The notes under the pieces were generated by a model. It had not been told where the DNA came from. It saw nothing but the letters and a program-made list of their open reading frames with translations, and made no database searches. The translations under genes were made by a program, and so were the position numbers. From Strigamia acuminata (Eukaryota), in assembly GCA_949358305.1 (NCBI GenBank), contig OX442314.1:33542001-33606000 (forward strand): a DNA stretch of 64,000 nucleotides. The letters run 5' to 3'. Positions 1 to 12,376 of the stretch are shown in pieces; the stretch's first letter is position 1; every line of letters starts with the position of its first letter.

Positions 1-1
1 A

Positions 2-2320
2 ACTTGCCCATCTTGCAAGAAAACAACAAAAAGAGAAGTAATAAAAATAACGTCTCAAATATTCGACCCTTTAGGATTTGCCACGCCATTCACGGTGACT
101 GCACGAATGTTCTTCCAATCCCTGTGGCTCAAGAACCTGCCATGGGACGACGAATTGGGCAACGAATTGCTCACCGACTGGAAAAAATGGACCGACCAAA
201 TTCCCACGTTGAGATACATTCAAATTCCACGATGGTTAGGATTGGACGAGTTCGACCAGCGTGAAGTGCACATATTTTGCGACGCGAGTCCGAAGGCATA
301 CGGGGCAGTGGCCTATATACAGAACAGTACTGGTGATTTGATCAAAACAAATTTTATAATTTCAAAGTGTCGTGTAGCTCCTGTCAAACCACTAACTCTA
401 CCAAAACTTGAACTCATGGGAGCATTGATTGCTGTGCGCCTCTCCGACCAAATTAAGGAGTTGGTGACACCAAGTGAAATGTTTTTTTGGACAGATTCGC
501 AGATATGCCTCCACTGGATAGGAAACACGTCCAAACGACCACCAACATTCGTGCATAATCGAGTCTTGGAGATAAGAGAAAAATCAAGAATTGAAGAATG
601 GAAACACGTGCCAGGAATTGAAAATCCAGCCGACCGCCTGACGAGGGGAATGGACGCGGAAGCAATGATATCCGACCGACTTTGGTGGCAGGGACCGGAC
701 TGGCTGCGCGGAAGTCGCCAGAACTGGCCAAAAGCGCCATCGAATACAGTCGAGGAGCAAGACGATGAAGAAACTGCAGAAATTCACGTCGAGGCGGTAC
801 AAACAACAACAACTAATATTTTTCCGTTTGACAGGTTTGGATCGCTGTCAAAGGCAATCCGAACGCTGGCATGGGTTTTTAGGTTCGCAGACAATGCTGG
901 GAAGCAACAAGCAGATGCCAGTCAACGCGACCGAGGCCCATTGAAAGCAGCCGAGCTGAAACGCGCGAAATTCAATTTGATTAAAATTGCGCAAACGGAA
1001 GTTTATGGCCGAGAGATCGAGGGAATGAGGAATGGCAAATCGGTGCATGGAGAGTCAAAACTGCGAGACCTGAATCCACGACTAAACGAAATGGGACTGA
1101 TCGAGCTGCGAAACAGACTGCATGAATCGCGAGATTTGCCCACTGCCACTCAACCTTTAATTTTGCCACCTAAACACAAACTGACTGAACTAATTTTGCG
1201 ATTTTCACATTTGCAGGTCCTCCATTGCGGACTGACGTCCACGCTATCCAAATTTCGAGAAAACTACTGGACACCATCCGCAAGGAGGACCTTGAAGACG
1301 ATGTTGGAACGATGCGTCGTCTGCAAAAAAATCAACGGCCGTCTGATGCGAGAAGTGCCAGGCGCCCTCCCAGCCGACAGGACGTCAAAAACTCAACCGT
1401 TTGCAGTCACCGGAGTCGACTTCGCGGGACCAATAATAGTGAAGGGACGGAAAACTAAAGCGTACGTAGCTGTATTTACATGTGCAACAATTCGAGCCGT
1501 CCATTTGGAATTGGTGCCCTCGCTAGCAACAACAGACTTTTTGGGGGCGTTCGAGCGCTTTATTGGTCGCCGAGGGCTTCCGAAAACGATGTACAGCGAC
1601 AACGGAACTACATTCCACCGCGCCCACAAAGAGCTCGCCTCACTCTTAAACCACACGAAGGACGAGACGTTTCGAAATTACTTGGCCCAAAAGGGCATCG
1701 ATTGGAAGTTCATCGTCGAAAACGGACCGTGGTGGGGCGGATTCTGGGAGAGGATGGTGCAGACGGTCAAGAGGTGCTTAAGGAAAGCTATCGGTTCGGC
1801 ACACTTGAACTTTTACCAACTCGGAACTTTTCTTGTGCAAACCGAAGCAGTAATAAATCGCAGACCGATCACATATGTATACGACAATCCAAACGAAATT
1901 GAGCCACTTACGCCCGCACACTTTCTGACCGGTGTGATGTTGACTCACCTACCCGACTCGGGAGCATCAGACAGCCTCGAACCGACTCAGAAACAATTCA
2001 TTCGACAATGGCGCTACCAACAGCGTGTGTTGTTCTCATTCTGGAATCGTTGGTCTCGGGAATATTTGACGGATCTGAAAATTCAAACGGGTAAACCAGG
2101 CGTGCGAGAACTCCAGTTGAACGACGTCGTTATAATTGAGGAACCATTCAAACCACGTCTAAAATGGAAGATGGGTAGAGTGGTCGAAGTTAAGCAGGGT
2201 CGAGATAATAAAATCAGATCATGTGAGATGGTGCTCGCTAATGGAGAACATTTACGTCGACCGATACAACGTCTTGTGCGTTTGGAAGTAGAGTCAAGTG
2301 ATCCCCGCCCGGCAGTGTGA
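2..2320 (+). CDS. BEL/Pao pol polyprotein, C-terminal part (Pao peptidase A17/RNase H region, integrase)
   Basis: Frame is open from base 2 ([22 protein letters not shown]). Motifs: [31 protein letters not shown]-x4-H...CVVC zinc-binding, [24 protein letters not shown]. The stop TGA (2318-2320) lies inside the LTR. Confidence 0.95.
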   Translation, partial: TCPSCKKTTKREVIKITSQIFDPLGFATPFTVTARMFFQSLWLKNLPWDDELGNELLTDWKKWTDQIPTLRYIQIPRWLGLDEFDQREVHIFCDASPKAYGAVAYIQNSTGDLIKTNFIISKCRVAPVKPLTLPKLELMGALIAVRLSDQIKELVTPSEMFFWTDSQICLHWIGNTSKRPPTFVHNRVLEIREKSRIEEWKHVPGIENPADRLTRGMDAEAMISDRLWWQGPDWLRGSRQNWPKAPSNTVEEQDDEETAEIHVEAVQTTTTNIFPFDRFGSLSKAIRTLAWVFRFADNAGKQQADASQRDRGPLKAAELKRAKFNLIKIAQTEVYGREIEGMRNGKSVHGESKLRDLNPRLNEMGLIELRNRLHESRDLPTATQPLILPPKHKLTELILRFSHLQVLHCGLTSTLSKFRENYWTPSARRTLKTMLERCVVCKKINGRLMREVPGALPADRTSKTQPFAVTGVDFAGPIIVKGRKTKAYVAVFTCATIRAVHLELVPSLATTDFLGAFERFIGRRGLPKTMYSDNGTTFHRAHKELASLLNHTKDETFRNYLAQKGIDWKFIVENGPWWGGFWERMVQTVKRCLRKAIGSAHLNFYQLGTFLVQTEAVINRRPITYVYDNPNEIEPLTPAHFLTGVMLTHLPDSGASDSLEPTQKQFIRQWRYQQRVLFSFWNRWSREYLTDLKIQTGKPGVRELQLNDVVIIEEPFKPRLKWKMGRVVEVKQGRDNKIRSCEMVLANGEHLRRPIQRLVRLEVESSDPRPAV

Positions 2321-2755
2321 AAATCGGATGATTTTACGCGTGAATTATTATTTGAGTTTCATTTATATTGTTTAAATTAGTATTGTTGATTTATATTTCT
2401 ATTTTTTACTTGTGATTTTTTAATATTGAATTTATGATTTTATTTGATTTGTGCATTTGATTTCGATGTTACATTTTTATATTATAACGTATTTTGTATT
2501 TCCATTGAGATGTGTTGACCTGTTCTTTTATTGGAATCTTAACTTGTTAATCCCTTTTAATCCCTTTGCATTCCTCTGCTCGAACACGTCATTCCCCTAT
2601 CTTACGGATGCTTGTGATTGGTTCTGTGAACCGTGTCATTTGCATTTCCTTTTCCTTTTATGAATAGAATAAACTCAGTGTACTTTTTCAACTAAAACTG
2701 TGTGGTTGTGCTCCTTTATACTCCAACGCCATCTTGGACTTCAACGCGATTTTCA
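2316..2755 (+). repeat. 3' LTR of BEL/Pao element
   Basis: TG start, terminal inverted repeat TGAAAATCG/CGATTTTCA, AATAAA near 2668. The end could alternatively be 2764 (ACA); the partner LTR is outside the window. Confidence 0.7.
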
Positions 2756-2835
2756 ACTATTACATCCACTTGTAGTCAAGGACTTTAGAAATTGATTGGT
2801 AAACTTTGAATATCTTTTTATTTACTTCAAGTTTA

Positions 2836-3027
2836 ACAGCTTTAAATGCCAGTCTTCTACGAGAAAGACAAATCAAAGTAAGTGTGAAACGCACGAATGT
2901 TCCTGGGTTTTATTCGGCTACGAACAGGCCACCGAGAGCACATCTTCGAGGAACATGCAGAAAAAATAGTGGAATTGGTCCGAGTCGGAATTCAAGAAAA
3001 AGATGTGTCAGGGCTGCGCCGTACTAA
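2836..3027 (+). pseudogene. 5'-truncated duplicate of the PABPN1-like gene (C-terminal ~60 codons)
   Basis: [32 protein letters not shown]...RAAPY is nearly identical to the end of 11825-12376, and the 3' flank is also homologous. Most of the RRM is missing. Confidence 0.85.
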
Positions 3028-3789
3028 CAGAAAACGTGGTAAAATGATTTGGCTAAATTTTTAGAATAGCAATTTTTTAGGTTTTGGTTTTTGGTTAAAA
3101 TCAGTTGAATTATTTTTTAATGCTAATTGTTGCTGATGTTTTTTGTTAAGATAAGTTTCACAAACATGTCTTTAATTTATTGAACATCTGAACAATTTTT
3201 TATTTAACAAATTTGAAATCGCCACGTTTTACTGGTACTGGGGATGGTCGCCAGAGATAAAACTGTTTCGCCATCTGCTGTTGGGATTTTTAACTTGGGT
3301 TTGTCGGTATAGAGTGGTTAAACTTGTTGAGAAGAAAATAAATTAATTGGAGGAAGGTAAGTCAGGAGAGGTTCTTTTAGTTTCCAGGGGGGGTTTGGGT
3401 TGAAGAGAATTTAAATTCAACTAAGAAATTAAGCCAAAATAGGGTGGTGCTTAAATCGATGCCTCGTCGAATGTTCAAAGGAAAAGATATGGGTGACGAA
3501 ATTCTGTTGAGTGCAGTAAGTATTTTAGTGGAAAATTGTAGGTTTCTTATTGAAATTTTGACTTTAAAAAAAATGACGAGGTCCCATCACGACACAAGGA
3601 GATAAACATATTAGTTAATTGACAACCTAAGATAGGAGTGCGCAAAACGTTGACTCAGTCACCATCAACTTCAGGTCACTGCCCTCTGTGCGGTACCGGT
3701 ATACAATTGTGTCGGTTTTTTTCGTTTTTTTCTATTTCAACGTTTTCTTCCATTTGCGGTATTTGGTAAATACTATATCGCGCCCCATT

Positions 3790-4700
3790 GCAGCTTCTGA
3801 TGAACAGGTGGAGTTGCAGTTTCGGATATGGACATGGGAAACAGGTAGTGCCATTGTGGCTCATGTAACCTGGAGTGTTTTACACTCCATTTCTTTCTGT
3901 TTATATTTTGTGACGCACGTCAAGCACGTCGTGTTCCCGCGACGTGCGAGAGCGCATGTTGCGCCACCTATGATTTCTATGCAAATAAACATTCATGTAA
4001 ATATTTCTGTACACCTTGCCTCGTGTCTGATTCGATCCAAGAATATCCATGCAATCCAAGTACATCCAGCTTCCATCTAACAATCCGATACAACCCAGTT
4101 TAACAAACACTTCATAACCCACAGGAGTTCTTACAGGAACAGCAACGTAAGCAGTTGCATAACCTTCTCTCTGCACAAGTTCCCAATAACATGACTTACC
4201 TGAGCGGTGTAGTGAGTGTCTATCCCACCAATACCCGAGTCTCAAATTTTGGCGAGGAAAGATAAACCGACCACACAGACCATGCAGCCATTGACTCCCA
4301 TGGTCAAATACACTCTTACCAGTAAGAGGCACTGACGCCTATATAACATGAATAAAGTCTAAGAAATCTAAAACAGTGAGTCTTTTATCATTACTTTACG
4401 TGTGTTGTGTCCAGCGACACGTGGTCTTTCCCTGACCACAGGACTTTCAATCACCCCCAATGGTGGCAGGGTTTCTCTACAGGTGGTATGCGAACAAATC
4501 AGTTTTATAAACACCCATGTCTCTCAATCAGTTCTGATAAACGACACTCTACCGTACTGAAAACCGTTTTTTGCTGTCTAGAAACCTTTGTAAATTATAA
4601 AATCCCAATAGACTTATTCATTCGGACTTCATAGAGACTTGCAAGAATTCCTCTACAAACTGTTATTTTTAATTTTCCAGATTTCAGGAAGCATAAAACG
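3790..4700 (-). mobile_element. Highly degenerate BEL/Pao pol relic (second copy ~8205-8900)
   Basis: Minus-strand fragments SVFDHG...GRFIF...LRLGYWWD and PKLQLHLF resemble Pao IFDPLG..GK...Q.LW.L...WD and QLHLFCDAS. Many stops and frameshifts. The block is duplicated. Confidence 0.4.
3871..4114. mobile_element. 244-bp solo LTR (TG...CA, 5-bp TSD)
   Basis: Starts TGGAGTGTTT and ends AAACACTTCA, flanked by TAACC at 3866-3870 and 4115-4119. The paralogous site at ~8281-8296 is empty (CATGTAACCCACAGG). Internal AATAAA. Confidence 0.85.
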
Positions 4701-4829
4701 ATGGTGGGACCATGATTGGATGTGGAAAGCTATTTGGGTTAACCTGGGATTTAGAAAGGAGCAATTTATCTGTCAACTTAAATATTTTTTTTTATTATCA
4801 ATAGAAGCTATTTCAATTTAATAATCTAA

Positions 4830-4978
4830 TAAATGCATTTTTATATTAAAAAATGTAATTTTTAACTTAAAAAATGCAATTTTTAACCTAAAAAATGCAA
4901 TTTTATATTAAAAAATGTAATTTTTAACTTAAAAAATGCAATTTTTAACCTAAAAAATGCAATTTCTTAACCTAAAAA
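4830..4978. repeat. ~21-bp A/T-tract minisatellite (AAAAAATGCAATTTTTAACCT)
   Basis: About 7 imperfect tandem units visible directly. Confidence 0.85.
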
Positions 4979-5184
4979 AATCCTTTCTTATTGAAATTTT
5001 GTCTTAAAAAAAGAATGACGAGGTCCCATCACGACACAAGGAGATATAGATATTAGTTAACTGAAAACGTAAGATAGGAGTGCACAAAACGTTACGGCAA
5101 TGTGTGGAAGTGACTGGAGTATTGAAATGCAAGAAATTGATAAATGCTACTCCGTACTGTGTTTTGTTTCTGTGTTGCTATAGT

Positions 5185-5590
5185 TGTAAATTCTTGTTCT
5201 ATTTTACTGCCAGTGGTAGTCTCTGGAACACATCACAGTGCGCATGACCGGCCAATGCGGCGCATTGTTGCAAAAGATACGGATTTTTTGTCCCAATCAC
5301 TGGGCAGGCTCTCGGGCGATTGTCACGGCTCGCTGGTGCAGCGTCGGATTTGCAACACTGGAAATCGCAGCGACTATTTCAATTTTCGTGACAAACTTTT
5401 TAAAATAGCGACAAAGTACAGTGGTCGCACGATTCGGATTTCCTGTAGGTGGTCTTCTAAACGAACTCCGTGCACACCATAATGACAGCACGGTCTTGTT
5501 CCGGGTCCCTTTTACATCGGTATTCAACAGACGAACCGATTGCTCGCGAATATCCATCCCAGATTGCAATTGTGGAGGATCCTCTTGGTA
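5185..5590 (-). pseudogene. Disrupted sushi/CCP-like gene (two domain remnants)
   Basis: Minus strand reads EDPP..WDGYSRAIGSSVEYRCKRDPEQDRAVIMVCTEFV*KTTYRKSESC, then IRIFCNNAPHWPVMRTVMCSRDYHWQ*. Same C/W pattern as the neighbouring genes, with stops and frameshifts. Confidence 0.5.
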
Positions 5591-5888
5591 GGTTAACGTA
5601 TTAGCTTAAAACAAAAAAAATAATTTATTTCTCATATTACATTACAATAGGTGCAATCAAAGTTCCGTTTTTTAGTATTTGTGTAAACGAAAACATTAAA
5701 ACAATCACAAACCACACGCAGTCATACTTAAAAATGTTTCACTGGTGTATGTAAAATAAATGGTTAAAGCCGACTGCTTCTAGATACTTTTATCTTGTAT
5801 ATGGGCTCGATAAGTTTTAATTTTCATCAATACAACTTAATCTTGTTACCAACAACCACTCGTAAACCAAAAACTTTGAAAGCACTTA

Positions 5889-6285
5889 TCATAAGACGTT
5901 CTGTATTTCACCTGCATGTGCACCTGCTGCACACAGTCCCAATTTCTTCATGACAATCTTCCACTCTCCACCAACACAATCGACAATCTGTACCACTTCA
6001 TGGTGATTCTCGAAATTGCATCGATACTTGACAACAAGTCCGGAGTAACGTTTGTATCCATCCCAATCCGACAACAGGCCTGGCGTGGCGGGCGGCTCTC
6101 CCATGCACATGAAGTACGCTGTTTGAAAATATATTTACATCAAAACGTCACTTTTATTCGCACGATTTCTTACTTTTATATATGTAATATCCGGCGGGAA
6201 TGGAGATTAGTAGGATAACTATGACTGTAAGGCAACAGCAACAAAGAATTGCAAAGAAAATCGACCGCTCTTGATTCTTGTTCAT
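5889..6285 (-). CDS. Small (113 aa) protein with N-terminal hydrophobic anchor and one sushi/CCP-like domain; 2 exons
   Basis: Exon 1 6285-6174 (MNKNQERSIFFAILCCCCLTVIVILLISIPAGYYIYK). 55-nt phase-1 intron GTAAGA...AAACAG. Exon 2 6118-5889 (YFMCMGEPPATPGLLSDWDGYKRYSGLVVKYRC...VDCVGGEW...LC). Frame is preserved across the junction. Confidence 0.7.
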
Positions 6286-6510
6286 TCTAAACGAGGAAAC
6301 AAAGAGAATTAAATATCGTGTCGACAATTCGAGAGAAAAATACGAACGTGAAAATTAGTATTTATCTGCCATTCGAAGTCGATCTCATTGCGAAAATTAA
6401 AAGACGTGAAAGTACATACGTCACGCGTGATGGCACCAACATTGGCAGGCGTGGTCCGCGAGTATTCGAATTCGTGTTTTTTTCGTCGATAGACGTTGGA
6501 ATTGGAAGCA

Positions 6511-7533
6511 ATGGCTGCTGCTGTCAAGTCGAACTCGAAACAAACTCATCCGGAATCGGAATCGCCTAGCCCACGAGAGGCTCCGAAGAAAAATCGGTTG
6601 AAGAATAGACCGACTGTTAAATGGGCGCGACAGATTGTGACAGAGTGAGTGAATTTGAAGTCGGCGAAGAAATGCTGGAATTAATTAATTTGTGTTTACG
6701 GAGAACAGTGAGAAGTTTATCGTTGCAACTGCGGGTATTGTCGGGATACTTTTGGTCGTTTCACTTGTTGCCATGATTTCTGTGGTGACGTTGAGTAGAG
6801 AAGAAGATGAAAGTATAGGAGAATGTATGGGTTGAATGTGTTGAATGTGTGTAGTGGCGTAGGAGCTGAGGATGTGGATCACAAGCGACTAAACACCATG
6901 TTCACACCAAGCTTTTGGATCTCATCCAAAGCTGCCGATCTAGATCCAAGATTGGTGTGAAGTGAACACTAAACTCCGTTCGTCAATCGAGTTCCCACAA
7001 CTCGATTCACGTTTGGATTCGAATTGGAACAATGTCAGCAGTCTGTAGCATTCCATTGTTGCGCATAAAATGGCTAAACTGAGAAAATTCAAAAATGTTG
7101 ATATAATTTAAAAAAATTACGCACAGTTATAAATATCTCTCGGGAGCTGGTCCTGAATGTCGCGCTCAAAATGCAAATAACAATGACAATTTCAAATTGG
7201 AATAATTAATTAACTATATATTTCACAAACAAAAATAAAATAAGAAAAAATAATTGCCATTCACGAAAGTTGTTGTCCCTAAATGCGTGTAACCTTACGG
7301 GGCAGTACGAATTTATTGTTAATCCATTTTTGACTGGTACAGAGCCGACAGGTTGTTTAGGGAGTGACCAACCAGCCTCTGGAGCCTTACATCGGGACTG
7401 AAATGGCTTATCATGGGGAGTCGGAACGGTTATTCATTATTATTGTGATACGAAAATGAAAGTGCTTGTTAAGGTCGCGAATGTTCAAAGGATAAGAAAT
7501 GGGTGACGAAACAAGATAATTCTGGAAACTGCA
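6511..7533 (+). pseudogene. Paralog of the 9549-11237 membrane/sushi-like gene, disabled in the sushi exon
   Basis: Exons 6511-6644 and 6709-6824 are intact and match the paralog. The first sushi exon is missing. Exon 7343-7533 has TGG>TGA (GAC TGA) and a 1-nt deletion (191 vs 192 nt). Confidence 0.7.
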
Positions 7534-7875
7534 GTAAGTATTTTAGTAGAAAATAGTAGGTTTCCTATTGAAATTTTGTCTTTAAAGAAAAATGACGCGG
7601 TCTCATCACGACACAAGGAGATAAACGTATTAGTGCGCAAAACGTTACGACAATGTGTGAAGTGACTGGAGTATTGAAGTGCAAGAAATTGATAAATTCT
7701 ACTCCATACTGTGTTATGTTTCTTTTTTGTTACAGTTGTAAATTATTAGCATTAAAATTTGTTATATTTTACTGAAGAAGCAACTTACTTATTATGCCAT
7801 AGGGAGTAGGATCTACTTGTAACACAATGTCGTTGACTCAGTCACCACCAACCTCAGGTCACTGCCTTGTACATT

Positions 7876-8141
7876 GTGTGCGGTAGTGGTATACCATACC
7901 GCGGTATTTTTTTTTACCAAGTATAATACCGTGGTATCCACTATAAATACTACCGCAATACCGCATCAATACCGAGTATCGCACCAATACCGAACATCGC
8001 GTCGTCAGTCATCACAAATGTGTTGGTTTTTATAGTTTTTTTTAATTGCAGTATTGATGCGGTATTGCGATATACCCATTAATTGCGGTATTTGGTGAAT
8101 ACCGTACCGCACTCGCGCAAAAAATTTACCGCACACGCCTA
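7876..8141. mobile_element. hAT-like MITE with internal (A)TACCG repeats
   Basis: GTGTGCGGTA (7876) ... TACCGCACAC-GCCTA (8127-8141). Flanks TTGTACAT/CTGTACAT resemble an 8-bp TSD. A decayed copy lies at ~3687-3790. Followed by ~3 copies of the 20-mer GCCCTACTGTACATCATGCA. Confidence 0.55.
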
Positions 8142-9548
8142 CTGTACATCATGCAGCCCTACTGTACATCATGCAGCCCTACTGTACATCATGCAGCCCT
8201 ACTGCAGCTTCCTACGACCAGATGGAGTTGCAGTTCCGGATATGCCCATGGACATGGACAACAGGTAGTGCCATTGTGGCTCATGTAACCCACAGGAGTT
8301 CTTACGGGAACAGCAACGTGAACAGTTGCACAATCTTCTCTCTGCAGAAGTTCCCAATAACATGTGGTGACTTACCTGAGCAGTGTGATGAGTCTCTATC
8401 CCACCAATATCCGAGCGTCTAAGTTTGGCGAGGAAAGAAAATCGACCTCACAGACCATGCAACCAATGACCACCATGGTCAAATGCACTCTTAAGAGGCA
8501 CTGACGCCTAGATAACCTGAATAAAGTCTAAGAAACCTAAAACAGTGCGTCTTTTATCATTACTTTACGTGTGTTGTGTCCAGCGACACGTGGTCCTCTC
8601 CTGACCACAGAACTTTCAATCACTCACAATGGTGGCAGGGTTTCTCTACAGGTACTATGCGAACAAATCAGTTTTATGAACACCCATGTCCCTCCATCAG
8701 TTCTGATAAACGACACTCTACTGTACTGAAAACCGTTTTTTGCTGTCTAGATTTAGAGGCATTTGTAAATTATAAAATCCCAATAGACTGATCCAGCTGG
8801 AGCACGGACTTCATAGAGACTTGCAAGAATTCCTCTAAAGATATATTCAGAATGTTATTCTTAATTTTCCAGATTTCAGGGAGCATAAAACGATGGAAAG
8901 ACCATGATTAGATGTGGAAAGCTATTTGGGTTAACCTGGGATTTAGAAAGGAGCAATTTATGTGTCAACTTAAATAATGTTTTTTTTTTTATTATCAATA
9001 CAAGCTATTTCAATTTAATTCTGAAGAAACTCAATCAAATATGGTGTTGTAAATTGACCTTACAAGAATTTAAAAGATCAAAACGTGGAAATCAAAAGAA
9101 AGAAAATAAAAATTAAGAATGCCTCGTCAGCATCTCGTCATTAGTTTTTCATGTGAAAAATAAAGATTTGTTCTAATACCAAAAAAAAATAGAATTTAAA
9201 AAATTGTTGAAAACTCTTCTTCTCTATATCTAATAAAAAATTAAAAGAGAAAAAAAAAATAAGAATAAGACCAAAGCAAAAATAAACAAAAATAAAACAA
9301 ACAAAACACAAAAAAAATCAAAATCAAAATAACACAACAAAACGAGCAAATTAAATTCTATCTTCACTTGTAGAATCTCGAAAAATACGAACGTAAAAAC
9401 TAATATTTATCTGCCATTCAAAGTCGATCTCATTGCGAAAATTAAAAGACGTGAAAGAATATACGTCACGCTTGATGGCACTAACAATGCCAGACGTGGT
9501 CACGAGCATTCGAATTCGTGTTGTTGTCGTCGATAGACGTTGGAAGCA

Positions 9549-11237
9549 ATGGCTGCGGTTGGAACGTCGGAACAAACTGATCCGGAATCGCCTAGTCCGG
9601 AATCGCCTAAGCCCGCAGATGCTTCGAATAAAACTAAGTTGAAGGATAGACCTACTGTTAAATGGGTGCGCCAGATTGTGACAGAGTGAGTTAATTTGAA
9701 GTGGGCGAAGAAATGCTGACATTAATTAATTTGTGTTTTCGGAGAACAGTAAGAAGTTTCTCGTTGCTATTGCAAGTATTGTCGGAATACTGTTGGTCGT
9801 TTCACTCGTAGCGATGATTGCTGTGGTTACGATAAGCAAAGAAGAAGACGAAAGTATAGGAGAATGTATGACTTGTTTTGAAATGAATGTGGGAAACGGA
9901 GGAACCTGTGTGTATTGGCGTACGAGGTGGGGATGTGGATCTGGCAGTGGAAAGAGATGTTTAAAGAAGTGTGTTTTTGAAATTTTGTGTTTTCCAAATA
10001 GGGATTTTTTTTTTTTTTTTAAATTGTCAGAATGGTTAAAATTTAGCAGAAAATTTTTAAATTTTCAAAATTTTGCAAAAAATGTGTCAATATTTTGCAA
10101 AACTTTGTCAAAATTTTCAAAATGGATCAAAATTTTGTATAATTATTTTAAATTATATCAGTGTTCGCAAATTGTAAAATTTTCTCAGTTTTCGCAAGTT
10201 TTCTCAAAGTTTTCGTAAATTTTCTCAATGTTTTCGCAAATTTTCTCAAAGTTTTCGCAAATTTTCTCAAAGTTTTCGCAAATTTTCTCAAAGTTTTCGC
10301 AAATTTTCTCAAAGTTTTCGCAAATTTTCTCAGTTTTCGCAAATTTTATCAAAGTTTTCGCAAATTTTCTCAAAGTTTTCGCAAATTTTCTCAAAGTTTT
10401 TGCAAATTTTCTCAAATTTTTCTTAAATTATCTCAATCTCAAAGTTTTCGCAAACTTTCTCAAACTCTTTCACGGGGATCCATTTGTGCAAAGATCAGTC
10501 GATACGCCAGTGCACGAGATATTGTTACGCATTTTTTCTTTCAAAGCTAAAATCCATTAATTTGAATTGAATTTCTTGTTAAAGGTCTTAGCCGCTTATT
10601 TGGGACTGATAAAAAAACTTGCTCTACTGATCCACCTACCTACGAACTGCTACGCTCACATTGGGACGGGCGTACACGTAGTCGTGGCACAGTGGTGCGC
10701 TATACGTGCACTGATCAAAAAGGCCAACCTGTTGCAACTGAAGTCAAATGTAAAGGTAACGGAGAGTGGACGGAACGATTTAGGAAGTTCAACGTCTGCG
10801 GACTTGACGAAAAAGGAAGACGAATAATTAAGGAAAAGCTTCACGGTAAGTTTCCATTTAACCCTTCGATGCATAAGGAAAAATAAACCCTTGTCGTGTA
10901 AGGTCTTACACATTTACGGACAACTTTCACATCAATTAATTAAATTAGTTGCACACTATTATTTATTCTTCGTTGTTGTCCCTAAATGCGTGTAGCCTTC
11001 CGGGGCAGTACGAATTTAATGTTAATCCATTTTTGACTGGTACAGAGCCAACGGGTTGTTTAAGCGATAACCCACCAGCCTCTGGAACCTTACATCGGGA
11101 CTGGAATGGCTTATCATGGGAAGTCGGAACGGTTATTCATTATTATTGTGATACAAATATGAAAGTGCTTGCTAAGGTCGTCGAATGTTCTAAGGAAAAG
11201 ATATGGGTGACGAAACAAGATGATTCTGGAAAGTGCA
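9549..11237 (+). CDS. Type-II single-pass membrane protein with two sushi/CCP-like domains (4 exons, 3' end uncertain)
   Basis: Exons 9549-9685 (MAAVGTSEQ..., phase 2, GTGAGT), 9750-9865 (KKFLVAIASIVGILLVVSLVAMIAVVTI hydrophobic helix, phase 1), 10585-10845 (CSTDPP...WDG...GTVVRYTC...VKCKGNGEW...C) and 11046-11237 (CLSDNPP...WNG...GTVIHYYC...VECSKEKIW...C). All junctions are GT-AG and in frame, and both domain exons are symmetric phase 1-1. Confidence 0.72.
10183..10470. repeat. 21-bp minisatellite (TTTTCTCAAAGTTTTCGCAAA)n inside intron 2 of the membrane-protein gene
   Basis: More than 10 tandem units. Produces the spurious repetitive ORFs at 10148-10560. Confidence 0.95.
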
Positions 11238-11605
11238 GTAAGTACTTTAGTGGAAAGTAGTAGGTTTCTTATTGAAATTTTGTCTTTAAAAAAGAATGAC
11301 GAGGTCCCATCACGACACAAGGAGAAAAACCATAATCGAAAGTTGTTTTTGCAGCGCTAGTCAGAGCAGCTTTGAAATCGGAGCAAAAGTTAAATAAATT
11401 GCAAACTGTCGTGTTAGTGTTACAAGTTTATGGTGGAAATAAAAAAAAATTATTATTGTTGTTATTATTGTATTATTAGACGACTCCAGTGCAGCTTGCA
11501 TGTTTTTATTTCACGACCACTGACCAAAAGATGTCCCTGACCACAAAAATTTGAAATTTTACTTTTTCCAGCAATTTTGGAAAATTTCACAAAATTTCTC
11601 ATGAG

Positions 11606-11721
11606 GAAATTACTCGGGGCACGTCGTCCGTACGAAATGTCGTTACTTTATCATATGTATGGTTAGCAGGTTATGATAACGTAACGACGTTACGTACGGA
11701 CGACGTGCCCACAGTAATTTC
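11606..11721. repeat. Long inverted repeat: 50-bp arms, 16-nt loop
   Basis: 11606-11655 vs the reverse complement of 11672-11721: 45/50 identical by manual alignment. Confidence 0.9.
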
Positions 11722-11723
11722 AG

Positions 11724-11729
11724 TATAAA
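11724..11729 (+). promoter_or_regulatory. Candidate TATA box of PABPN1-like gene
   Basis: TATAAA about 100 nt upstream of the ATG at 11825. Confidence 0.45.
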
Positions 11730-11824
11730 GTCAGACTTTTTTGACACATTATCAAAAACCCTTGCGAACATCGCACATCTCATCAGTCAACTTCGTTGCC
11801 GAACAAACTGATAGAAACTTAAAA

Positions 11825-12376
11825 ATGGCAAACTTTGACGAAAACGCTTTGGAAGTTCTCCTCAATCGTCTCCATCTCGGAATCGAAAACGAAGACAAGC
11901 TTGATGAAGACGACAAAGTTGTTAAAACGACGATTGAAGAATTAAAAGCGGAAATTGCTAGACTGAAGCAAAAACAAGCGGAGATGAGGCTCGAGGCAGA
12001 ATCGGATTCACGCTCAATCTATGTCGGGAATGTACATTATTTCGCGACGACCGAGGAGTTGAAACGACATTTTGTCGGGTGCGAGGCAATTTCCAGAGTG
12101 ACCATTTTGAACGACAAGTTTAGTGGCCGCTCCAAGGGATTTGCTTATATCGAGTTTGTGGATCCAGATTCGGTGGCGGTTGCCACGGCTCTAAATGCGA
12201 GTCTTCTACGAGGGAGACAAATCAAAGTAAGTGCGAAACGCACGAATGTTCCTGGGTTTTATTCGGCTACGAACAGGCCACCGAAAGCAAATCTTCGAAA
12301 AACATTCAGAAAAGATGGTGGAATTGGTCCGAGTCGGAACTCAAGAAAAAGATGTGTCAGGGCTGCGCCGTACTAA
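11825..12376 (+). CDS. PABPN1: Nuclear poly(A)-binding protein 2 (PABPN1/Pabp2)-like, intronless and diverged, 183 aa
   Basis: Acidic coiled-coil, then [13 protein letters not shown]...[13 protein letters not shown]...[19 protein letters not shown]...[15 protein letters not shown], then a basic tail ending in PY, as in PABPN1. No introns, so probably a retrocopy rather than the main ortholog. Confidence 0.88.
   Translation: MANFDENALEVLLNRLHLGIENEDKLDEDDKVVKTTIEELKAEIARLKQKQAEMRLEAESDSRSIYVGNVHYFATTEELKRHFVGCEAISRVTILNDKFSGRSKGFAYIEFVDPDSVAVATALNASLLRGRQIKVSAKRTNVPGFYSATNRPPKANLRKTFRKDGGIGPSRNSRKRCVRAAPY

Larger units (their letters stand above)
1..2755 (+). mobile_element. BEL/Pao LTR retrotransposon, 3' part (truncated by window start)
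   Basis: Pol ORF with Pao-type motifs followed directly by an LTR that starts TGTGAAAATCG (2316) and ends CGATTTTCA (2755). Same architecture as the complete BEL element at 58313. Confidence 0.93.

Noticed and set aside
6901..6960. Imperfect hairpin TTCACACCAA...TTGGTGTGAA as a pre-miRNA
   Set aside because: More consistent with a decayed MITE; no TSD or small-RNA evidence available.
10148..10560. Repetitive ORFs (LRKFAKT, FSQIFSK, KICENFE); CRISPR-like appearance
   Set aside because: Translations of a 21-bp minisatellite with no unique spacers; eukaryotic intron.
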